A stretch of 64,000 bases of DNA from an uncultured Candidatus Rokubacteria bacterium (GTDB lineage Bacteria > Methylomirabilota > Methylomirabilia > Rokubacteriales > CSP1-6). This document shows, one piece after another, positions 56,486 to 64,000 of this stretch. The notes below the pieces were generated by a model. It did not search any database, was not told where the DNA came from, and saw only the letters and a list, made by a program, of their open reading frames with translations. The stretch's first letter is position 1. Each line of letters begins with the position of its first letter. Both the position numbers and the translations under genes were made by a program. The stretch lies in contig CAWBMV010000001.1 in NCBI GenBank assembly GCA_963789955.1, forward strand, positions 800,001 to 864,000, read 5' to 3'.

Positions 56486-57486
56486 TCACGCTACGCCGAC
56501 ATCCTGTTGCTCGCTCGCCGATGTCCGGCAATAGTCCTCTGCGAGATTCTCGCCGGATGACCCGGCCGTCCGTGACCGGGCCGCAGCGATCGCAAGCTCT
56601 TGGAGTGATCGGCAGCCAAAGCTCGAGCGGACCGTACGGCGAGATACACGGGACTTGGACAGCGGAGTACTGTCCAGTTCGGGATCGAAGAGGTACTAGT
56701 TCGGATCGCCTCCACGCGATCGTTGGCCGGCGAACGAGTCGCGAAGCTGCTGACGGCGACCCGATCGGCAGGCCGACCGGTTCAGGCGAGTGAACCGCCA
56801 AGTACTCATCAGGAGCAACTCCGGTCCAGTGCGCTGGACGAACGAGCCCGACAAGGCCAAGGCGAGCCCTATCGTCAAGGCGCGAACCGCTCCGCTGACG
56901 CGCAGGCGGTGGTCAGCGCAGCATGCCGGTCCGGTCGGCCGCCTGGCGCAACGTCGATGTACCTCCGGCCGTCTGGGTGGGACGACGACAACCACGCTGG
57001 TCAATGCACCGACGGCTTGAAGCACAGGCGCTAACCTATCGCAGGCTACCGCAGTTCGGTCTTTATTCGCGGCACGCCTCGCGCGCTCCGCTGAGGGCTG
57101 CGTTACATACTCTCGTTCAAGCCGACAGTCATGTGCAACCGACACGAGGCTCCGCGGCCGTCTTGGAATGCCTAGGCGCGAACTCCGGACGCTGGAGCAG
57201 ATCGGCTGGATCGCCATCGGCTCCACGTGCTCCCGCAGCAGTTCGACGCCAGCAAGGCGTCAGGCTCGTCACCTCGCTGCGTAGGCTAAGAGCGCTCGCG
57301 GCCCGTCTCCGTTGGCGCTCACGAAACCGCTTACGGTCGAGGCCGCCCTGACAATCAGAGCGGGCAGTGAGCTCCTGAATCCGGGTCGGTGGGTGACGCG
57401 TAGCGCTCGCTCACGCCGGCATGCTGTGGCTGCCCTGTTGCCTACCGCGGTTTGGCCCCGCGGGCACGGTATACTGGCTGCCGTCC

Positions 57487-58804
57487 ATGAAGGTCCACCT
57501 GACGACCCTCGGCTGCCCGAAGAACCAGGTCGATTCCGAGCTGATGCTCGGCATGCTGACCGAGGCCGGATTCCCGCTGGCCGAGCGCCCCGAAGACGCC
57601 GAGTGCCTCGTCGTCAACACCTGCGCCTTCATCGACCGCGCGCGCGAAGAATCGATCGACACGATCCTGGAGCTCGCCAAGCTGAAGAAGCAGGGCTCCT
57701 GCCGCGCGCTCATCGTCACCGGCTGCCTCACCCAGCGCTACGGCGGCGACATCCTCAAGGAGATGCCGGAAGTCGACGGCATCCTCGGCACCTCGAACCT
57801 CTCGCGCATCGTCGAGTCTGGTCCGCCAGGCGTCCGGCCGTCAAGACTGGGCGAGCTCGGCGCCGCCCGGCTATCTCTACGACGCGACCACACCGCGCCT
57901 GCTGACGGGCCGCGTGCCCTATGCGTACGTGAAGATCGCGGAAGGGTGCGATATGGGCTGCACCTTCTGCGCGATTCCACAGTTCCGCGGCCGTCACCGG
58001 AGTCGGCCGCTGGCCGACATCGTGAAAGAGGTCGAAGGGCTGGCGGCGCGCGGAATCCAGGAGGCGATCCTCGTCTCTCAAGACACGCTCGCGTACGGCC
58101 GCGACATTCCCGGCAACGGCGACATCGCCGACCTGCTGCTGGCCCTCGGCGAGACGCGGATCCCGTGGATCCGGCCGATGTACCTGCATCCCGCGCACGT
58201 CAACGACCGGCTCATCGAGCGCTGGGCGCGCGCGCGGGTCGTCCCGTACCTGGACATGCCGGTCCAGCACGGCGACGACGGCGTGCTGCGCGCTATGCGC
58301 CGGGCAATCACCGCCAAGCGCATGCGGGAGATCGTCCGCGCGTTCCGCGACGCGATCCCCGGGCTCACCGTGCGCACGACCGTGCTCGTCGGCTTCCCGG
58401 GCGAGTCCGAGGCGGCGTTCCAGAACCTCCTCGAGTTTCTGGAGGACACTCGGTTCGACCGGCTCGGCGTGTTCACGTATTCGCCCGAGGAAGGGACGCC
58501 GTCGGTCGCCTATCCCGATCAGGTCCCTGCCGAGATCGCCGCGGAGCGCGCCGCGATCGTCCAGGAGCACCAGGATCGCCGCGCGTGGGAGCAGAGCGCC
58601 GCGCTCGCCGGCACCGTGACGGACGTCCTGATCGACGGCCCGAGCGAGGATCCCGCGTTCGCGTGGGAAGGACGCACGGCCGGTCAGGCGCCCGAGATCG
58701 ACGGCGTCGTGTACCTGCGCGATCGGGGTCTGAAGCCCGGCCGATTTGCCCGCATTCGCATCGTCGAGGTCGAGGGATACGAGCTGGTCGGCGAGCGCGC
58801 CTAG
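57487..58804 (+). CDS. rimO: Ribosomal protein S12 methylthiotransferase; frameshift at ~57820-57840
   Basis: LGCPKNQVDSE, NTCAFI, EGCDMGCTFCAIP and APEIDG. Confidence 0.94.
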
Positions 58805-59270
58805 CCTCAGCACGGCGCTCGACCGCGTAGCGCTCGTCGTCGCGACTGGCTTCGGCGCCGGCTACTCGCCGATCGCGCCGGGCACCGCGGGAAGCGCCCT
58901 CACCGTCCTCATCCTCTGGATCGTTCCGTTCTCGCGCGCGGGCCTCCTGTTGTTCCTCCTGGCCGTGATCGTCGCGGGAACCTGGGCGGCCCATCGCGCC
59001 GAGCGCTCGTTCGGCACCAAGGACCCCGGCGCGATCGTCATCGACGAAGTCGCGGGCATGACGTTGACGGTCGCGCCCTTCGCGCTCACACCCGCCGTAC
59101 TGCTGGTCGGATTCGTTCTGTTCAGGATCTTCGACGTGACCAAGCCGTTCCCGGCGCGCGCCAGCCAGCACTGCATCGGCGGGATCGGCGTGATGGTGGA
59201 TGATCTGATCGCGGGGTTGTACGCTCTGATCGTGATCGTCATCGGCCGAGCCGTTTTCGCCTGGCCATGA
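58746..59270 (+). CDS. pgpA: Phosphatidylglycerophosphatase A (start uncertain)
   Basis: GFGAGYSPIAPGTAGS, DPGAIVIDEVAG, FRIFDVTKPFP and GVMVDDLIAG. Confidence 0.92.
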   Translation: MPAFASSRSRDTSWSASAPSLSTALDRVALVVATGFGAGYSPIAPGTAGSALTVLILWIVPFSRAGLLLFLLAVIVAGTWAAHRAERSFGTKDPGAIVIDEVAGMTLTVAPFALTPAVLLVGFVLFRIFDVTKPFPARASQHCIGGIGVMVDDLIAGLYALIVIVIGRAVFAWP

Positions 59271-60490
59271 CAGCGAGCGCCCACATCGTCACGGTCGGGG
59301 CGATGCCCACGCCCGGCGTCGACGGCGCGGCGGTCGCCACGGCTCTCGGCGCCGCCGGCGTCGCCGTCGTGAGCCGCGTCTTCGTCGAGGACGACGAGGG
59401 CGCGCTCGAGCAGGCGCTCGGATCCAACGAGGTCCTGACGGTGGTGCTGGCCGGCGCCGGCGGCTCGGCCGGCGACATCGTCCGCCGGGTCATCGCGCGC
59501 GTGACGGGCGCGCGGCTCGTGCTCCACGAGCGGCTCCTCACGACGTTGCAGGAGCGCTATCGTCGCCTCGACCGACCCCTGCCGCGCCGGGCCGAACGGC
59601 TGGCTCTCCTTCCCCAGGGCGCGACGGTGTGGGTGACCCCCGACGCGGAAGCCGGCTGGGCGATGGAGAACGGCCACCGCGCCTACGCCGTGCTGGCGCG
59701 CGACGCGACCTTGCAGACGATGCTCGCGCAATTCCTCACCCCGTTCGCCCGCGAGTGGGCGGGCACGCGTGGCGCCGCGGTCGCTCGAACGCTTCGCATC
59801 GCCGGCCTCACCGCGGCCGACGTCGAGGAGCGGCTCGTCGACTGGCTCGGTCGCGACGGCGAGGTGACCGTCTCGACCATCCCGGCGGACGGTGAGGTGT
59901 GGGTGAGGCTTCGCGCGCGCGCGTCGACGCCGGCCGAAGCGACTCGGAGTCTCGCGAAGGCCGAGAGCGGGGTCGCCGCGCTCCTCGGCGAGGACTGCTA
60001 CGGTCGGGACGGCGACACCCTGGAGGCGGTCGTCGGCCGGACGCTGCTCGAGCGAGGGTTGCGCCTCGCGGTGGCCGAGTCGTGCACGGGCGGGCTTCTG
60101 GGCCATCGCCTGACCAGCGTTCCCGGCTCCTCCGCGTATTTCGAGCGAGGCGTCCTCGCGTACTCGAATCGCGCGATGGAAGAGCTTCTGGGTGTGCCCG
60201 AGTCGCTCCTGAAAGCTCACGGATCGGTCAGCGGGCCGTGTGCCGAGGCGATGGCGCGCGGGGTCGCGGCGCTCGCCGGCTCGCCGTGCGCGCTCGCGGT
60301 CACCGGAATCGCTGGACCGGACGGCGGCACGCCGACCAAGCCCGTCGGCACCGTCTTCGTCGGCCTCGTGGTCAAGGGAGAGGTGCTCGCTCGGCGCTTC
60401 CACTTCGCGGGAGACCGGGCTGCCGTGAGATGGCAATCGACCCAGGCGGCCCTCGACATGCTACGCCGCTCGCTGCGAGGGCAATCGTGA
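59267..60490 (+). CDS. cinA: CinA-like protein (degenerate MocF-like N-domain + NMN deamidase PncC)
   Basis: AVAESCTGG, YSN and TGIAGPDGGT..KPVGTV. Confidence 0.88.
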   Translation: MTASAHIVTVGAMPTPGVDGAAVATALGAAGVAVVSRVFVEDDEGALEQALGSNEVLTVVLAGAGGSAGDIVRRVIARVTGARLVLHERLLTTLQERYRRLDRPLPRRAERLALLPQGATVWVTPDAEAGWAMENGHRAYAVLARDATLQTMLAQFLTPFAREWAGTRGAAVARTLRIAGLTAADVEERLVDWLGRDGEVTVSTIPADGEVWVRLRARASTPAEATRSLAKAESGVAALLGEDCYGRDGDTLEAVVGRTLLERGLRLAVAESCTGGLLGHRLTSVPGSSAYFERGVLAYSNRAMEELLGVPESLLKAHGSVSGPCAEAMARGVAALAGSPCALAVTGIAGPDGGTPTKPVGTVFVGLVVKGEVLARRFHFAGDRAAVRWQSTQAALDMLRRSLRGQS

Positions 60491-61754
60491 AGGCGTGGGT
60501 CGTCGTCGCGCTGACCTTGGCGCTCACGGCGTGCTCGGCCGCGTCGGAGGTCGGCCGCGGCGTCGCCATGGCGTCTCAGGCTGACGATCAGCCCATCAAG
60601 GACTGGCCGACCTCAGCCGCCGAGTACGCGAATCGTGGCGTGGTACGCGCGCACCAGGGTGATCTGGACGGTGCGATCGCGGACTACACCAAGGCGCTGG
60701 CGCTCGCGCCGCCCGATGCCGAGGTCCTGTTCAACCGTGGCAGCGCGATGATCGCGAAGAAGGACTATCAGGGCGCGATCGCCGACCTCACCCTGGCTCT
60801 CTCCATCGATCCGCATCACGCGAAGGCACTGTTCGCCCGCGGGACCGCGCGATCGCTGAGCGGCGACCTCGACCTTGCCCGCGCCGACTGGGCCCGCGCG
60901 ATCGAGCTCGAGCGGGACCCGGGAGAGAAGGCGTTGATGCTGGCTGCGGCCAACGCGTCGGCGACCGAGAGCGCGCCGCAGGCTGCTGCGCCGCCGGCGG
61001 CAACGCCTGCTCCGCCGCCGGCCGGTGGACGCATCAGCGGAGCACCGCCTCCGCGGCCGGCGCCAACGCTGAGGTGCCGGCGGCACGCCGCCCGCGGTGG
61101 CCGTCGCGCCTGTCCGCCGCCATGCCGCCGCCCGCATCCCCACCGCCTGCGGCGACGGCCGACGCAGCAACGACACCCGCCGTCGAGACCGCGCCACCTC
61201 AGGAGTCGCCGACAGTGCCGGCACCAGCAGAAGCGTCACCGCCTGCTGTTGCCGCTGCTCCATCGGCCGACGCGCCCGCAGCGGCGCCCGCTCAGGCGGC
61301 CACGCCCCCCGCGGACGTCGCGCCGCCCGTGGCCGTCCTGCCGGCGACCGCACCGGTTGAGACGTCGCCGACACAGCCGCCCGCGGCCGCAGCCGCGCCC
61401 GCGCCGCCCGATGCGGCGGGTTCGACGGCCGCTGCGCCGCCCGCCAGCGCGGCGCCCGGGCCGGAGTCTCCGGCGACCGCCACCGCTCCCGCCGCTGCCG
61501 CGCCTTCTCAGGCGTCCGAGGGCGCGCCGACAAGCGTCTCGCCCCCGCAAATCGCGGCCGTGCCGCCCGCTCCGGCTCCGGAGCCGGTGCCGCTCGACTC
61601 ACAGGCGCTGGCGGCCCGCGGCCTCGAGAAAGAGCTCAAAGGGGACCACGACGGTGCGCTCGCTGATCTTCGTGCGGCGTTGGTTGTCGAGCCGGACCCC
61701 GAACGGCGGCAGGGCATTCGAAATCTGCTCCAGCTCCTGGGCGCGCCGCGATAG
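60487..61754 (+). CDS. TPR lipoprotein with long Pro/Ala linker; frameshift at ~61030-61075
   Basis: Lipobox LTAC, three TPRs (NRG...AIADYTKA), a PA-rich tract and a terminal TPR. Confidence 0.8.
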
Positions 61755-62326
61755 CGGACGTTCGTGCGTTCGTCGCCATCCTCCTCGACGACGCCGTGCG
61801 ACAGGCGCTCGGTGAGGCGATCGAGCAGCTGCGCCCTGCGGCGCGCGACGTCGCCTGGGTGGCGCCCGACAACCTGCACCTCACGCTCAAGTTCCTCGGC
61901 GCGGTGCCGGAGGCGCGGATCGATTCGGTCGCCGGCGCGTTGACCGATGCCAGTCGCGAGGCCAGCTCCTTCGAGGCGCGGATCCGCGGCCTCGGCGCCT
62001 TTCCGTCGGCCGGCCGACCGCGGGTCGTGTGGGCCGGTGTGACCGACGGTGCCTCGCAGATGACCGAGCTCGCGCGGCGCGTCGACGTGGCGCTCGCGGC
62101 GCTCGGGTTCGCGCGTGACGACCGACCGTTTTCGCCCCACGTCACGCTCGGCCGGGTGCGACGGCCCGGACGCATCCCGACCCTCACCGACGCGCTCGAG
62201 CGCGCGGCCACGCGTGAATTCGGCTGTATCGAGGTTCCGAGCGCATCCCTCATGCGCAGTGATCTCGGGCCCCGCGGGGCCCGCTACACGGAGCTGGCCA
62301 AAATGAGGCTTGGCAGCCCTGTCTGA
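61751..62326 (+). CDS. thpR: RNA 2',3'-cyclic phosphodiesterase (2H family)
   Basis: RAFVAI N-terminus, HLTLKFLG and PHVTLGR; possible ATA start. Confidence 0.92.
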   Translation: MADVRAFVAILLDDAVRQALGEAIEQLRPAARDVAWVAPDNLHLTLKFLGAVPEARIDSVAGALTDASREASSFEARIRGLGAFPSAGRPRVVWAGVTDGASQMTELARRVDVALAALGFARDDRPFSPHVTLGRVRRPGRIPTLTDALERAATREFGCIEVPSASLMRSDLGPRGARYTELAKMRLGSPV

Positions 62327-62337
62327 GACTCCGGACA

Positions 62338-62367
62338 TTGACGGCCCCGAGCGGGGCCACCTAGAAT
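62338..62367 (+). promoter_or_regulatory. Sigma70-type recA promoter TTGACG-N18-TAGAAT with palindromic spacer
   Basis: TTGACG at 62338-62343, TAGAAT at 62362-62367, and GGCCCCG-AG-CGGGGCC at 62343-62358. Confidence 0.7.
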
Positions 62368-62431
62368 GGCCAAAAGCGATAACGAACGAAACGTGCAGTG
62401 GGCGTGCGAGGATAACTGAAGGAGAGGCCCC

Positions 62432-63451
62432 ATGGCTGAGGCCAAGAACGAGCGACGGCAGGCCCTAGAGCTCGCAATTTCGCAGATCGAGCGGCAGTTC
62501 GGCAAGGGCTCGGTCATGCGGCTCGGCTCGGGCGGTCCCCTCGAGGAGATCGCCGTCATTCCGACCGGCGCCATCACACTCGACGTGGCGCTCGGCGTCG
62601 GCGGCCTGCCGCGAGGCCGGGTCACCGAGATCTACGGCCCGGAGTCCTCGGGCAAGACCACGCTGGCGCTCCACGTCGTCGCCGAGGCCCAGCGCCTGGG
62701 CGGCATCGCCGCGTTCATCGACGCCGAGCATGCGCTCGACCCGATCTACGCTCGCAAGCTCGGCGTCAACATCGACGAGCTCCTGATCTCGCAGCCCGAC
62801 ACCGGAGAGCAAGCGCTGGAGATCACCGAGACGCTCGTCCGCTCCAACGCCGTCGACGTGATCGTGATCGACTCGGTGGCGGCGCTGGTGCCGCGCGCCG
62901 AGCTCGACGGCGACATGGGCGATTCGCTGCCCGGCCTGCAGGCGCGCCTCATGTCCCAGGCGCTCCGCAAGCTCACGTCCGCCATCTCGCGCTCGGGCGC
63001 GATCGTCATCTTCATCAACCAGATCCGCGAGAAGATCGGCGTGATGTTCGGCAACCCCGAGACCACGACGGGCGGGCGCGCGCTGAAGTTCTATGCGTCC
63101 ATTCGGCTCGACATCCGGCGGCAGGACGCGATCAAGCAGGGGACGGAGTCGCTCGGCGTCCGGACCAAGGTCAAGGTGGTGAAGAACAAGCTCGCGCCGC
63201 CGTTCCGAGAGGCGGAGTTCGACGTCATGTACGGCGAAGGGATCTCCAAGACGGGCAGCGTGCTGGACGCTGGCGTCGACAACGGCCTCGTCGAGAAGTC
63301 CGGGACTTGGTACACGTACAAGAGTGAGCGGATCGGACAGGGACGCGAGAACGCCAAGAAGTGGCTCCAGGAAAACGCGGCGACCTTCGCGGACCTCGAA
63401 TCGAAGCTTCGCGACACTCTCGGACTTCGCCAGGCGGTGCCGATCAAATAG
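62432..63451 (+). CDS. recA: Recombinase RecA
   Basis: [17 protein letters not shown] and [10 protein letters not shown]. Confidence 0.99.
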   Translation: MAEAKNERRQALELAISQIERQFGKGSVMRLGSGGPLEEIAVIPTGAITLDVALGVGGLPRGRVTEIYGPESSGKTTLALHVVAEAQRLGGIAAFIDAEHALDPIYARKLGVNIDELLISQPDTGEQALEITETLVRSNAVDVIVIDSVAALVPRAELDGDMGDSLPGLQARLMSQALRKLTSAISRSGAIVIFINQIREKIGVMFGNPETTTGGRALKFYASIRLDIRRQDAIKQGTESLGVRTKVKVVKNKLAPPFREAEFDVMYGEGISKTGSVLDAGVDNGLVEKSGTWYTYKSERIGQGRENAKKWLQENAATFADLESKLRDTLGLRQAVPIK

Positions 63452-63460
63452 GAGTCGTTC

Positions 63461-64000
63461 ATGCCGATGGAATTCGACAAGCTCCTGGTCACCGGCGTCG
63501 AGCGCGGCGCCTCTGACCTGCACCTGAAGGCCAACGCTCCGGTCATCCTCCGGATCCACGGCCGTCTGGTGCCACAGGGGGACCTCGGCGTGATCACCGC
63601 CGAGGACATGGACGCGATCGCCCACCGGTGCCTCACCGAGCGGATGTACGGCCAGCTCATGGACGGGCGTGAGGTCGACTCGGCGTACGCGGTGCCGAAC
63701 TTCGGTCGCTTCCGCGTCAACATGTTCCTGGCGCTCGGCGCGGTCCGCGCCGTTCTGAGATCGATTCCGTCCAAGAAGCCGAAGTTCGAGGAGATCGGAC
63801 TGCCCGAGGTGCTCGAGCAGCTCTCGATGGAGCGCCGCGGGCTCCTGCTGGTCACCGGCATCACCGGCTCGGGTAAGTCGACCACGTTGGCGGCCATGGT
63901 CGACTACATCAACCGCACGCGAAACGACCACATCCTCACGATCGAGGACCCGATCGAGTTCACCCACGACGACATCGGCTGCGTGGTCAGCCAGCGCGAG
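63461..64000 (+). CDS. pilT: Type IV pilus retraction ATPase PilT/PilU family, 3'-truncated by the window
   Basis: ASDLHL, GRFRVN, GLLLVTGITGSGKSTTLA, TIEDPIEF and SQRE. Confidence 0.85.
   Translation, partial: MPMEFDKLLVTGVERGASDLHLKANAPVILRIHGRLVPQGDLGVITAEDMDAIAHRCLTERMYGQLMDGREVDSAYAVPNFGRFRVNMFLALGAVRAVLRSIPSKKPKFEEIGLPEVLEQLSMERRGLLLVTGITGSGKSTTLAAMVDYINRTRNDHILTIEDPIEFTHDDIGCVVSQRE

Noticed and set aside
57028..57108. Integron attC-like site on the minus strand (TAAC...GTTAG)
   Set aside because: The R boxes deviate from RYYYAAC/GTTRRRY, the L boxes are not complementary, and there is no integrase or cassette array.
62378..62398. LexA box in AACGAACGAAACGTGCA upstream of recA
   Set aside because: It does not fit GAAC-N4-GTTC or GAAC-N7-GAAC in spacing or sequence.

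Overview
High-GC bacterial chromosomal window. The gene complement is diderm (LptD, LolA, PilT). Gene style suggests Methylomirabilota/Ca. Rokubacteria, but that is inference only. The sequence is probably an unpolished long-read assembly, because about 20 genes, including essential folC, lptD and coaE, carry isolated frameshifts. Order of content: (1) surface-glycan cluster (AsnB-type amidotransferase, GT4s, methyltransferase, PHP-like protein, WbqC, PIG-L deacetylase, DegT, WecA-like transferase, galU); (2) pncB-trpCFBA-accD-folC-lptD, then more glycan genes, gltX, a phosphatase, Na/Pi cotransporter-PII-glnE, polA-coaE-rsmA, an M23 peptidase, an orphan histidine kinase and rnj-ftsK; (3) a ~12-kb accessory block (ECF sigma/anti-sigma/DUF4139, Ni/Co permease-DUF4331-TPR, TAXI receptor, an internally deleted SBP); (4) lolA-yajQ, a 1-kb stretch with no credible gene, and rimO-pgpA-cinA-TPR-thpR-recA-pilT. 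No rRNA, tRNA, transposase, integrase or CRISPR array was found. The most unusual signals are a family of three long palindromic elements whose arms diverge but stay paired around a shared inner junction GACCCGT...GCGTGGTC, a frame-preserving 4x tandem copy of the polA initiation region, and two ECF-type promoter classes that tie DUF4139 and a putative Ni/DUF4331/TPR system to different sigma factors.
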